This document shows, piece by piece, positions 37,612-51,700 of a stretch of DNA of 64,000 nucleotides (position 1 is its first letter; the number at the start of each line of letters is the position of its first letter). Location: positions 11,532,001-11,596,000 of the forward strand of contig JBHGNT010000002.1 of the NCBI GenBank assembly GCA_043228905.1, written 5' to 3'. The position numbers and the translations under genes were made by a program. A model generated the notes under the pieces. The model saw only the letters and a program-made list of their open reading frames with translations. It did not search any database and had not been told where the DNA came from. The stretch comes from Azolla caroliniana. Taxonomy: Eukaryota > Plantae > Polypodiophyta.

Positions 37612-39005
37612 AAGAATGCAAAATTTGAGCAAAAAAACATAGTTTGTGTTGAAGTTGACAATATCATCATTCAAGTGAGTGGAGACTCGAGAGTGCATGC
37701 ATGTCTCTCTCACGTCTCACTTTTGTTGAAGCTTTTAATGTTGCACTCACTCAATGAGTTTTCTATTTTAGATTAACTTTCGTAAGTATAACCATTTAAA
37801 AGGTATTGTTAGTGTATATTGGCCTAATATCCATAATCTGATCATCTATGTATTCGGAGATATGTAATTCTTACCTTCCCTATGTGAATTAAGACTTATA
37901 TAAATTCTTATGTAATAAGTGGTGAATTATAAATGAGTATGAGTAGTATGTATACAAATATACATTTTTAGTGATGAAAACTCAGTTTTTTCAGCCACCA
38001 ATTTCTAAAACCTATTCTAGCAAGAAGTAATAGAACAAAGCAAATTATTTTTTGTGATATGATTTTCTCATATTTAGTGTAAACATTTTGGATAGTAAAA
38101 CCCCTTTTGTGTAGCACATCATCTACTCAAGGTTATATTGTTCTCATCTACTAATGGGTGAACACCCAATTTGGAATACAACTTATTTGAATGCATTAGT
38201 AAATAAAAGTGTTGTTGCCTCAAAGTTGTTGATTGTATCATCATTGTTGTTTTTCTTAATATCAATGAGTTGTACAAAAAGAGTAATTTGAGATCTTATC
38301 AAAGTTTAGTTATGAAAAAAATGGTCATCTACCATTTATCCTTGGCCACGTCTAAGTAGTTGCATGAAACAATCATAAAATCATGGGTAGGGTGTCTCGA
38401 ATTTTTTTATCTTCTTTTAGCATGAATAGCAACATTTCATTAGCAAATGAATGAATGATACAAGTGTGATTGGCGAGCCACCATGTCTACGTCTTTCATA
38501 CATCAAAAGGATATCTACTTCGTCTCCAAAGTGAGGAATGACCACTATATCAAATCAATAAAATAAAAAAAGAACAATATTTTGAAGATCTTCAAGTACC
38601 TCATCCAAGTGACTTTACATTTTTCCATTTGGCTTTCAATATTATGTGGACAGAAGTCATTAAAATCAAAGTTAAAAATCAATTCACGCTCACATGTTGT
38701 CTCTTTCAAGGAGGGTGCTAAGTTTGAGATGGTATCAATTTACTTTTGCTTGCTAAGAATGCAAACCAATATGCACTTTATTTCCAAAAGTACAACGTGT
38801 ATCTTGTTAGAGGTAAATGCTTTTGTATAAGTAATTTTTTTTTATAACTTTTTTCGACAAGTACATTGAGCAATGTAAAGTTCCTCTGTGATGGTCATGT
38901 GCCTCAAAAGCATGACGTTTATCCATCCAAATGCCTAGTTCCACCATAACTATTACATCCAAGGAATCATCAAAACTCCTATGCTTGCATGTTACATTCT
39001 TCTTA

Positions 39006-39807
39006 TTTTTTCCAAAAAAAAACTCCTTCCATTAGTTATAAAATGTTACAAATGAGACTATTATGTACAAATCCCTAGAGGGACGCGATAGTTCCACCTT
39101 ATATCTTATGTGGATGCCCATTGACTCAAGAAAGGGAGAGGACGACCATTGTTGGATGAAGGCTATTCGGTGTCTTTCAACTCCATCGGAGTCGCCCTTG
39201 AGGCCATCATATTGGCTCTTTAGAGTGGCTACAATTTCACTCCATATCTCTTGTAGTAACCTTGTTGGTTGGAGAAGACTCGTCTACACCGTTGTTTCCA
39301 TAGAATCCAAAGAGTTATTGGGCTGACCAATTCCAACACAACTTGAGATTTGTCATTAAGAGGAGTTGAGTGGACATTGCCGCTGGTGGAGAAACAAACC
39401 TCTTGTGCTTTTATCACTAGAGTCATCCCCTCCTCCTGATGCTTGTATCTCCCAACCGGGGTTTGCCATGATAGCCAACATATATTTCCCCACTTGATTG
39501 AGCCTTGCACCTGGCATAATTGCAACAAGCGGCCAACCCCCCACCATATTCGATGGGACGTTGGGCAGTCCCACAGAGCGCGTCGTATTGATTCTACTGC
39601 ATTTGGGCACTCTACACAATTAGGTGAACCAGCTAAGGTTCCCACGTTGTCATGCTCCCATCGGTAGTGACTTATGTATTAATTAATAGCCATTGGAACG
39701 TGGTAATTCGCCTCGCGTGTTGTTGTTTCCAGATTTTCTGCCAAAACTTGGTGATAATTGTGTGAGGAACTTGAAATGTGTGCCAAACCTTTGTAGCAGC
39801 CGGCTCT
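39006..39807 (-). mobile_element. decayed L1-like LINE 3' fragment
   Basis: CVECPNAVESIRRALWDCP, WILWKQRC; 3' end shares taactaatggaag plus A-tail with the 36-37 kb LINE. Confidence 0.8.
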
Positions 39808-40680
39808 TGTCAAAACCAAGGATAAAAGATAGAGTGATGGAAGAAGGATATTAGAGAACACGAGAAGAAAGGAACGAAATACTAAGAGAAGAATGGATGT
39901 ATAAGATAGAGAAAGAAAGAGAATGAATACAATATATGTAATGAGAGCTAAAGACTGGTGTTGATTCGAATTGATTTGAGAATACATGTATGCCCTTATT
40001 TATAGGTTCCTATAGAATAGCTTAGAGATTTCTAGAATGTTCTAGAGTGTTCTAGACCTAGAATGCTCTAGGACATTCTAGAATAATCTAGAGGTTTTAC
40101 AATAATCAATGTAATACAAGAAGTAGCTTTTACTGTTTCATATAACAATAAGCTATCTTAATGGTTGAGGTTTTCAAGTATAGATTACAAGGTTCGAGGT
40201 TCAAGTCCGGGTGACGCCATAATGGTCATGTGTTCATGACACTATGATTCCCTCCTTCGAGAACGTCGAGTGGAAGTCGACGTTAACATTGTTGGGCTAA
40301 GCTTGTTTGGATAGTGACGATGGAAGTCATTGACCAGAGCTTCAACATTACAAACGTTATCAATGGGTTCCCAAGTGCGATCACTCGGAGGATAGCCAAG
40401 TCAATCAACTAGATAATAAAGCTTATTGCGCACAATCTTAGAATCGAGAATAGCAACTACCTCGTATTCGGGGCCGTCCACAAGTTGTACAGAAGGCGGT
40501 GGTGGCACGACACGATTAGGAATTAAAGAGGTGCGGCAAGGTTCCAAAAGAGAGCAATGAAAGATAGGGTGAAGCCGCATATGTGCAGGAAGGTTAAGAC
40601 GAAATGTTGCATCATTAATCTGCGCCGTGATGACAAAAGGACCTAAGCGTTGATAGTCAAGAGTTGTTTTTATCTTGCAT
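39808..40680 (-). mobile_element. chromovirus (gypsy) 3' remnant: integrase C-terminus with chromodomain, PPT and LTR (39808-40241)
   Basis: Minus strand LGPFVI..HPIFHCSLLEP..EYEVVAILDSK..YLVD*LGY..TWEP; gaaggagggaatcatag|TGTCA...TGACA. Confidence 0.85.
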
Positions 40681-41889
40681 TTTTCCGTTATCGATCGAGG
40701 GGCATGTTTGTGTTATGTGTTCGATAGTGGCGATGTTCGAAGTTTCCATGATTGACAGAGTCTTCCAATGTGTTTGGGGGGGTAGTAGTCAGACTTTTTT
40801 CTTTCTTTTTTGGTTTACAGGGGTGGGGGCTCGACTACTCGAACTGTGGTTGGGGGGTTCTCACTTTTTGAACTAGGGGGGGGGGGGGGGGGGGAGGAGA
40901 GAGAGAGAGAGAGACCTAAATGAGCAACGTGAGGTGGTGGCGACGGGGAGGTTGTGACGACACTAACTGTGGGTTGTCTGTAGAAATGGGTAGAGAGGGG
41001 CTTCTGTGCCTCACGTTTGCAGACCTCCGCCCTGCACTGGCGCGTCGTTTCCGGTTCACCTCCTGCTCCGCTCCGTCTACTTACGCTTCCCCCGAAATAT
41101 ATCCTCTTTTACAATCTTGCATGTTACCTTAACAATGGAATAAAAGTGGTTTAAAAATAATAATTTCACCAATGCTCTTTTGACATATACCAAAATAGGA
41201 AATGGTGTTTTGGTCTCACAAATAAACCAATATTGACACACACAAAAAGAGAGAGAATTTAGTAAATGCTCCTCCAAAGGTACCTTTGGTATATACTGAA
41301 AGAATGTGCCTCTCTAATTCATGGCGTGAGCTAAAAGACCATAAGAAAGTATACAAATGTTTTTTTGTATCTACTAAAGCTATGAGAAGTTTTAGTCTCG
41401 TGTTAGGCATGTCATGTGACTTAATATAGATAGTAACGAGGATTATATTGTTTCTCCAAATAGTCATTCAACGTCAAGTACGGGGAAACAAAATCGTAAA
41501 ATCTCTAAACCTACTAAGTTAGATATGTTACATTTTTTTTCTAAACCCATACGAATGTTCAACTATGAATGTTGGGTTACCTTCTTTTGGTCAAATTCTC
41601 ATTTATAGTGTACCAAAAAGAAGGTTATCAAAATCATTTGATGTTCTATTTCCATGCTTATTGGTATCTCCAATAGTTCTCTGAAGGTAGCATTATATTG
41701 TTTGTTTTAACACATTTGTGAAGTGTAAAATGTAAAGCATGTGGATTTTATAGGGAAAGCATTGATTCAAGGACTTGAACACAAATTCCCCACATATGTA
41801 TAAATATATCATACTTGTATTTTGTTCACTTAATCATCAAAGTTGCAAGAAATCAACGTCACATGTGCTAGTAGATTTACATTATTTGT

Positions 41890-42460
41890 AGATAGTACAA
41901 GGACATTGGAGTGGATATTGTCGATGGTGGGAAAAAGAATCTCTTGTGCTTTTATCACCAAAGTCCTCCCCTCCTGATGTTTGTACCAGTCAACTGGGGG
42001 CTTGTTATGATGACCAACATACATTTCCCCACTTGATTATGCCTTGCACCTGGCATAATTGCAATAGGCAGCCAACCCCCCCGCCATAATCGATGGGTCT
42101 CTGGCTAGTCCCACAAGGTATGTCGGATTGATTCTGATGCATTTAGGCACGCTACACAATTAGGAGTGCTAAGGGTTGCCCTTCTCCAACCAGTAGTGAC
42201 TTATGTATTCATAGCCATTGGAATGTGGTAATTCACCTAGCATGTTATTGTTTCCAGAGTTTCTACCAAAAAGTAGTAATAGTTGTATGAGGAACATGAT
42301 ATGTGTCCATACCTTTGCAGCAATCGGCTCTAAGGCGGTTTGAGCAGCTAGAATATGGTGACCCAATCTAGTCGTGAATTGGAAGAAAGGGATGACTTTG
42401 CTTCCTTGACCCACATAAGGATCGCGCCACGCCCCTTACAAAGGGTCCCAACTGATATTA
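41890..42460 (-). mobile_element. LINE fragment paralogous to 39370-39807
   Basis: Shared blocks such as ccccacttgatt..gccttgcacctggcataattgcaa and agtgacttatgtatt. Confidence 0.8.
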
Positions 42461-43059
42461 CATAACCAATTTTGAATCTTTCTATCGGAGGTCATTCAAC
42501 TCAAAAAAGATGTATTGCAAGGCCACATCATTTTCAATTTGCATTTCATATGAAATGAGTTTGGATGGGGGGTTTCTTCCTCATCATTACATTGTAACTA
42601 TAGTATGACAAGGTGTAACAATCCTCCTCTTATAGCATTCTTTGAGGACCATGCAAAGATAGTCATACATTATTTAAGACTATGTAAAGGCAACTAAGCC
42701 CGTTGTAGTGGCTTGTAAAGAGAAAAAACAAAACATGTTGTGCTTATAGATTGATAGAGATAAATACATTATATTATCATCTTCGGATGTCAAATATGAC
42801 ATACGAGACAAAAAATACTACATTTAACATAATAAATGTAGAAGTGAGTAGAGACTCTCGATGTTTAAGAACTTTACCAATGGATGTTACGATCGACAAT
42901 GCACATTGTGATTGGGAAAAAAAATCACGCAAGGATTGGGTTCGGCCGAATATGTGTGTAAAGCATCGTCAAATATGATCAAATGTAGAGCATTGTGTCA
43001 AAGTGTGATACTTAGACTCCCAAACTTGTTCCAGGCAAAGTGTGCATAGGTGACTACTC

Positions 43060-43920
43060 TCATCACTTGTGTCCAAACGCCCCATCTCACATCACAATGC
43101 GTGTGAGCTAAGTCATATGGAAGCAATTGTTCAGGTGGCATACAATAGGATGGGCTCTAACATGCATCGATGTGTATGGGTTTCCTAATACGATGAAGAA
43201 TATGGTTCTGTAGCTTGATGCAACATATTTGGTATAATGTGTGAAGCGTGAGCCACCACATTTTTCCCACGTCATGATACATTGACATTGCAAAAAGACC
43301 TCATTTATAGAGGAATATTATGTTGTATCATGAAGCAAATGTGTTGCATCCCATCTTGCAAACCATTTTTCCATATCTTGCATTTATGCGTCCACCCCAT
43401 TGAGAAGCTCTGGCGTCACCAAAGTGTTGAAAATTATTTCCCGAAGACCCAACACGTAAATTCTCCATCATTGTTTGTGTTCTGAAATGTATAATATGCT
43501 CTCTTCCCCGCCTTTAAGGAATGGACAACACATACATTCCATCTATGCTTCGAAGGAATTTCAAGACCAAAATAAGTTTTCCGCACATTCAAGTCGCTCA
43601 TTATGGTGATGATGCATGGTTTATCTTTTTTTTGGCCCTTCACAAGCATAAACTTTGCTTTAGAGTTGTTGACCGTGACACTTAATTTAGTATGCAAGAA
43701 AACTTTTCCATTGCCCTAATAAGCTTTTACGCATCTTTTGAAGTATTTGCAAAAACACTATATCATCCACATACAACAAAAAGCATGATGGCTACATTTC
43801 CAATGATGACTTATTCAACGCCTTCTTCATTTATAAACTTGGCAACCATTTGTTCAAATTCATTAATGCATAGAACAAATAGAGTTGGTGAGAGTTGGTA
43901 TCCTTGCTTAACACCAATAG
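43060..43920 (-). pseudogene. decayed non-LTR (RTE-like) reverse transcriptase
   Basis: Minus strand IGVKQGYQLSPTLF and FLLYVDDIVF, followed by LSVTVNNSKAKFM. Confidence 0.65.
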
Positions 43921-44561
43921 AGGGAGGGGGAGGGGGAGAGATATTTCTAACATCCATGGGAGACTAATTATGATCCACTTGCCCATTGTGAGGATCAAAC
44001 TTGGGGTCTCAATTTTTTGATTTTGATGTTCTTGTGTAAACCACCAAGTCAACGACCAAAGAGAGATATGACTTATGGGGCCAAAAGTGAAACAATTTGA
44101 TGTAGTATGTATGAGAATTCTACTAATGGAATGTTGAATTGGGAGTGCCCACTGAAATTGCGAGAGGAATGTGGCTCCGATTGAATGTGCTCTCCTCTCC
44201 TTATATATTGTGATTTGTGGGTTTCTCCATTTCCATTTGGAGTAGAAGATAGGTATGAAGTTTGGCGCGACATACACAAGGCAGTGCGTGAAACATTGAG
44301 CTTCTTCCGAATCTTTCCAAAGCCATTGTCTCATCGGCATTGTAAAACGAACTACCTCAACTCTCACTTCAGGATGTGTATCAGTATGGATGCATCCCAA
44401 CTTCCAAGGGAAGTGTGATTCATAAATCCCATCTTTCAAAGCATTTCTTCCCTACAATTGTAGAGAGAGATAGAGAGGAGAGTAGTTACTAGTACACACA
44501 CATGTTGGGGCTTAGCTTTGCTGTCTCCCACCCTTCTCTTTTTATTTATCTCTCGCTCACT

Positions 44562-44596
<35 letters not shown>

Positions 44597-44956
44597 TTTG
44601 TTTAAAATACGTGCTCTTCTTTAAATCCAAAATACACGTCTCTCCCTCCTCATTGAGCTGGCATGCACACACACACACATATATACATGTATATATATAT
44701 GTATGTACACATGAGGAATGAATGTATAGGGTATAGCTATAGCTAGCTTCATCCTTATTTCTGGCTGCAGCAGTACAAAAACTACACACACTCATCACTC
44801 ACACACATACATACATTCTGATACAACAACAAGGTTCCCCCCCCCCCTCACTCCACACCTCTCTCTCTCTCTCTCAGTACATTATTAGCTCCACACAGAG
44901 AGAGAGAGAGAGAGAGCCTAGAAGAAAGAAGTGTCTCCACTCCACTCCACTCCACC

Positions 44957-45729
44957 ATGGCGGCGGCCTCCATTCCTCATGTCACGCTCTTCGTCGTCGT
45001 CTTCTTCTTTCTCTGCTTCTTACCACATCCACATGATGATCAGCAGGTCTCCCTCTCCCTTTTTCCTACCCTCCTCAGAACAAGATATGCGTAAATCATG
45101 TGATGTGTCATCAAAATTCCTCTATAATCATACTGCCTTCCTTCTTCTAATCATAATGATAACGTGTACAACTCTTGTTACATTTTTTTCAGGTTCAACA
45201 AGTCAAAGCTGATATTTCCACCAGTACCCCAGGGGTTTCATCAGCAGCACCATCACCACCACTGTTTACGGTCCCCCCTAGTACTCCTGCTGCACCTCTA
45301 AGTATGTAACTCCTGCTGCATACACATTTATGTGTGTAGTAGACATATAATATATATATGCACACACACACACAAACTAAAAATATGTATGCATGTGATA
45401 TAGATAAACTCTGGAATTCATTATGATCGAAATGCATGTGTGTGATGATAATGATAAAATAAATAAATTAAAAAATAAAAAATAAAAAAATAAAAAAAAT
45501 AAAAAAATAAAAGTGTGGACACTGTATGTATGTATGTATGTGTGTAGATTGCACATCTGCGTGCTTGTTCCGGTGTAGCAAAGCGGGGAGGCCCAATGTG
45601 TGCATGAGGGCGTGCTCCACCTGTTGTTTCCGCTGCAACTGCGTGCCCCCCGGGACGTCCGGCAACCAGCTCATGTGCGGTGTCTGTTACGCCCAAACAA
45701 CCCACAATGGAAGACCCAAGTGCCCCTAA
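44957..45729 (+). CDS. GASA/Snakin family cysteine-rich secreted peptide; exons 44957-45046, 45193-45301, 45548-45729
   Basis: Hydrophobic signal-like N-terminus, Pro/Ser-rich linker, 12-Cys domain C..C..RCS..C...C..CC..C.CVPPG..C..CY..KCP; splice phases agree. Confidence 0.93.
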
Positions 45730-47539
45730 CTCCTTCTTTCATCATCATCATCAGTAAGTAGCAGCAAATGAATCTGATGTTGATCCACCCATCTCTATCT
45801 ATCCCTCGCATGTTTTTTTGTATCAATTAATTGGTTGATCCTACTTAACACACTTTGAACACTATCCCATCATCGATCGTTCCCCTTCTTGTATGAACGG
45901 GTAGGGTGGGTGGGGTTTAATCAATGTTTCTGCAATGACTCTACTCTCTCTCCTCTCCGCTGCCCACCAATGTATCATCATCAATTGGGTTGTTTTCTTC
46001 ATTCTCTACGCTCCTTGTCTTTCATGTATCAATTCAGTTGTTTGAACTTATCTTCTATCAAGGCAATTACATATTATAAGAAGCTACAGTCAGTGCAACA
46101 ACACTAGATTATGTCGCGACCTTCAGGATTTATGTATTATGTAGGTGCGATATCATGGTCATTGGTTACATCGCCCCTGAGAACCTTCCACAATAACATG
46201 ATTCCCCTTCCCCATAGATAATGAATTCATCGAACATGGTAAGTAGTTTCAGAATATGTGAGTGATGACCACGGAACATGAATGAATGCATAATATGGTT
46301 GGTTAAACTAACTTCTTGCAAACGAAAGAGTGAAAAAGATTTACCAGCACAAACGAGTAAAACAAAATTACGCAACCAGGGGAAGTATGTATGAGACTAA
46401 CTTTACAAAAAGAAAAGGCAGCTCAACCATCATCACTAGGTAGTCCAAAAGCACTTGAATAAAGATAGATAGAGAATTTGTATTTGCAAAAAGACAAACA
46501 TTTGTCAGACCAAAACATTCAATCCCCCACTCCCATTTCTATTGATGAAATCCCTCTTGTGAATGAATAAATATGAAAACTCAATTTTCTAATCTTCTTT
46601 CTAAAATTTACTCTTCATTAGTAGAATTTTTTTGTATACATGGGCTGAAAACATTACAATGGTTCTAGTGAAAATCACAAAGAAGGATAACGAAAGACAA
46701 AAAGAATGACATGAGACATTGTATATGTAGTGAACATAGATAGAAGAACGTAGTGGGCCATCATGATTATTAGTCCACACCAGTTGCTCTTATGCTGTCA
46801 TCTGTTCAAATGTGACCATGTCCTCCAGCTCCATAATGATAACAGTTATCCTTTCCTTCTTTTCCTGTCACCTATTCTCCAACTTGCAACTCTTGTAATG
46901 CCACATGAGGTGTAATGAACCATGTTGAAGTAGAACACAGTGAGCCACCTTGATTAGCCCACAACTATCCCTCATGTCGAGTCATCCGTATGAATCGAAT
47001 CTGACTATCTCCTTGATCTTCATCTGAAAAGAAATAATGACTATCTGTTCAAGGGAAGATATATCCAATAATTCGATCAAGTACAACACATCTCGACCCT
47101 CAAGAATATGCTACTAACCTCCACACCATTAACAAATATGAAAGCTCAATTAGAAATTATTGGATCAATTAGGGTATAATGACATTTCATTTAAAGTTTA
47201 TGGTTGTTGATCATGGATTACAATAAAATAAACTTTTTTTTGGAAGAATAAGCTTTTTATTTCCCTCATTAATAATTCACCAAGGCATGGCTTTTACTGA
47301 AAGGGGGTGACGTATGTGAAGAGGAAGTTTTTGGCATGATACATTATCCCACAATTGATGAAAACATTCGACATGTATTAATGTAAGCCATTAATTTATG
47401 GCATTAGATGTACAATCTACTTTTCTTTAAATATTGAATTTGCAAGGATAATGGCCTTCTAGCCAACAGCTCTTCATTGTTTCTTTTTGGCTCCTACACA
47501 TAAAACTCTAAAGCTTAAACATGGGACATGTTCTTCGCC

Positions 47540-47985
47540 TATGACGACTCGGTTTCTTGACAAGATTACCTATAAGATTTCCAATGGCTTGTACTTCAAA
47601 TGGATAAAAGGCAAAACCCTAATGTTGTGCCACTGTCCACAGCCACAATTGTGGGTTACCATTTGTTTCAAAATTTGATATAATATAAGTGTGTGTGTTA
47701 TGGACCTCAAGATTAAGAAGTGGCTTCAGATTACCTACTAATACTAAGCCTTCAATGGCTTGTACTTCATATGGACACAAGGAAAAATAGTAATTTTGTG
47801 CCACTACCACAATTGAGGATTACCATTTGTTTTTAACTTTATATATATATATACTTTTTTATGCACCTCAAGATTATGAAATGGCTTGAGATTACCTACT
47901 TCACATCCTATGGCCTTTACTTCGTATGGATGAAAGGCAAAATACTACTGTAATGCCACAGCTACAATTGAGGATTACCATTTTT
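47540..47985 (+). repeat. diverged tandem repeats of about 120-170 bp
   Basis: agattaccta...aatggcttgtacttca.atgga...tgtgccact...cacaattg...ttaccattt occurs three times. Confidence 0.7.
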
Positions 47986-48720
47986 TAAAAAAAATTACAT
48001 ACAGTATACAAAGGGATTTCTTTATCACTTTGTACATGCCACTGTCCAACAGTTTTCAAGATAAGAGGAATATTGACAATGTCCTAGGATACACCTTCCC
48101 TCTCAAAAAATAAACAGCTTGACTGTCCCTCACAGAACCCGCAACCAACCTGAAGGGTGGTTTTCTCCTTTTGTTGATTATGCCAGTATAGTTAGTTTCC
48201 TTTTGATACAATTTTTATAATTTAGACCTAGGCTGAATCCTGCATGGAAGCATTTTGCAAACAAATATCCATCGTTATCTTTAACCTTAAATATTAGTTC
48301 TTATCCTTTCATCATGAAGGGCCAAAACAAAGAACAAAAGAACCCTACTCACAAAAGTGCTAACTGTCTGTTTGTTTGGTAATGAAATGTACAGCACGTC
48401 CAAACATATAGAAAATAATATCAACTAGCTCGTATCAAGGCTAGGCATGATCAAATAACGCAACATTCTATTAACCAGATTTCCAATGTCTACACTAGGT
48501 AGTACAGCTTAACACTAGAGTGCCAATCCATAATGGATGGGAAGTGACCAGAATAAATATGTTAAAAACTCATGGATTTGTGCTTCTGTCGTGCAGCTCA
48601 AAATTTTCATCTTTCCCTGTTGGATGGAGTCTTTGAAGACATGAAAGTCCACATCCAACTCGTACTGTTAGCCTTCCCTGTACATATTGGTAGAAATGAA
48701 TTGACAACCCCATATCAAGC

Positions 48721-51700
48721 TTATCTGTAACTTGAGCTCCTTCTACCTACTGCCTCTGCAGCACCCGATTTTCCTCCGTCAGCACCAGAATGCTTTTCTT
48801 CTTTACTAGAAACTGGTTTTAATTTGCGTTGCATATCATCGGCATATCTACGCCACCAGGCTTCTCTATCTCTTCTTGGCATTTTACTGTATCTTGGATC
48901 AGCTTTTACCAGCTTCTTCACTTCAGACCAAGAATTTAATATGGTTTTCCCATCTTCATTCTGCTTCTTTGCAGCATCTATAGTCATTACTTCAGCCAGC
49001 AAAATCCGATAATCCCGTTCACACCGCTGCCAGATCATGCATAGGATTTGAACGCATTATTCAATAGCTTAAATAGAAAACCATGGATGTGTCTAAGTAG
49101 AATACCTCATAGAGGGATTTCACATGATCGCGGAACAACTTTTCACGCTCGGATAGATCAAGTTCAGGATTTGTTGCTCGTCCCAATGAATCTTTCTCTA
49201 ATTTGGGTTTAGATTCTGTCCACGATGCCTACCAAGAACCACACAGAATTAAGTCGAATCAAATGCAATTATGAAATAGTTAAGCCTGTTTAAATAACCC
49301 TTGAAAATCAATAAAGCAAGCTTTCACCTCAGGGTCTTTTATCTTTTCCATTAATAAAGCTTGATATGCAGTAACAGCTTCTCTTTTCCGCACTTTAGCT
49401 CGAACCTTCTCAAGTTCTTGTTCTTCTCTCTCCTTCCGCTTGCGCATTTCTCGTTCCCTCTCCCTCAGTTTGTCCTGTAGAATTAAGAGACCTGTAAGTT
49501 GATGGTATAGCTTATCAAACTCCCTTTGAGCCAATGTGGACAGATGACATAGAGGAGTGTAAACAATCATACACATAGAGTGTCATCCACTTGAAGCTAG
49601 AAAAATAAACCTCTTCTTCTCTTTTTGCCTTAGCCTTGCGTTCTGCCTCTTGTTCCACAGCTTGCAGCTCCGCCACATAAGAATTGAAAAGGGCTTCTCT
49701 ATCTTCTCGTCTTACAGTCCTATAGCGAGGATCATTCCTCAACTTGTCTTTAATCTGCAAGCACAAAAGGTCACATTAGAATTCCCCTTTAACAAAAAAC
49801 CATTAGCTAATGACAAGCAAATTAGCAATGACAGTCCTAATCCTATGAAGAGAAAATATAAGATAATTGCTACATATACATATTCTAACTCCTCACACAG
49901 GGTATACAAAAAGGCTCCATTGTCCATGTACTATGTCGCATAAACAAATTAAACAGCATATCAAAATATTTGTGCAGAAGTGCGCTCCAAAATATTATAC
50001 CCTGGACCAGCGACTTGTACTTGTTACTTCTCCCATCTCTTTCAGCATATCATTGAAGCCTGAAGCTGCAGCATCACGAATGGCACGAATCCTCTCCTCT
50101 TCTGCTTTTTTTAATGGTAAAATCCTGGTAAAAGTTTATATGAATTTAAGCCAAGTGCAATCAAGATGAGTTTAAAAAGAAGCCAACCAGATGTCGAATT
50201 TGTGCCTCCACAAGAGTAAACAATGATAACTTTTAACCATAGTGTGGTCAACATTATCATGCAATGCAAAATTTACAATGCAGTATAGGTTATTAGATAC
50301 AAAAAAAGGTAATGCAACACGCGGATCGTTCGCTTGGTCTTTAAATCCAAATATTAAGACATGAAAAAAAACTGTATTTCCAATCAGGGGAATAACTATA
50401 GACCACAAAGTTTGCTTCTGTCAAAAGATATAAAGCTACAATGGGGGATTCTTTAGTATCAGTTACTAGTAACACAATTTTAGAATGAGCGCACATAATA
50501 AACATACAGAAAATATAACCCTAATTTTCAATTTATGAGGCAGAATGAATCTACCTTTCGTTCAATAATATTTCTCTATCCTTCCGTTCTAATGTGTCAA
50601 ATCTTGGATCAGCACTCCATGCCTTAGCCAGCTTTTCGTAATCAAAATCGTGACTGAAATCCTGAATTGCATATCAATGAAAGGTTGATCAATATTAGAT
50701 TTCTAGAATTAAATTGGTTTGCATAAATCGGATAATACCCTCAGTTTTAGGGTGGCATATTAAATCGACTACTAGTACACTGGGCGTATTTAGGGGTGAG
50801 AATTGTACAATTTTCTGTATGATTGACATAGAATAACGTGGGAACAAGTAAACCCAAGCTAACTATGAAAATGAAAGAAATGTTGCAGGTCTCTCAGCTA
50901 TATGTGACTAGCCTTGAATGTGTGCATGCACAAACTTGGCGATTGTTGTCAGTGATATGGTTTGGCGGGTGCCTGAAGGCAAGGCCTTGCCAAGGAATGC
51001 CAAACGACATTCACAATTTGATTGTTTCATTATTTTGTACCTGCACCCACATAACCACCACTTTGCCTCCGTGAACACAGCCTAATCTAGCTGTCACCAA
51101 TAAATCTGTGTCTTTTAAAGAATTAATGGCAAGATCTTACGCACGCAAAAGTGTAGGAGAATTCAATGAAGTCTCCAAACTTGGGAATGATACAATTCCA
51201 ATGGCTTGATAATTTCTGGACAAGACAAAGAGATCCATTTTATTCAATATGATGGTCATCTTGAGATGCTTGCCATGCAGTCTCACATATCTGGATGGAG
51301 AGCTTACTCAAACACAAGTGGAGTAAGGTTCTCCATTTGGAAGACATGCTACAAAGATTATTGCCTGACAAACATGGGAACTCCACCAATGCCCAATTAC
51401 AGAAGTCTACATACAATTTCCCAGGAAGCCAAAAAAATATGAAAGAAATTACAATCAAAGTCGAACCTTAGATGCCTCCTCTAAAAGCTGTTTAAAACCT
51501 TCAATGGCAGCCCTCTGAGCAGCTCTCTTCTCTTTCCGTTCTTCTTCGGCACGTGTACGAACATAGTGGTAAAAAATAGATCGTCTTTCTGTGTGACTTG
51601 GAACAGCCTACAAAAATAGTCATGACCAATAAATTCAACGATCAATTCTAAGAAAGATGAGTGTTTGTTTGAGAGAAAGCACTATCTATTGCATGCACTT

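Noticed and set aside
40876-40915. poly-G plus (GA)n as a functional G-quadruplex
   Set aside because: Simple repeat without supporting context; homopolymer length is unreliable.
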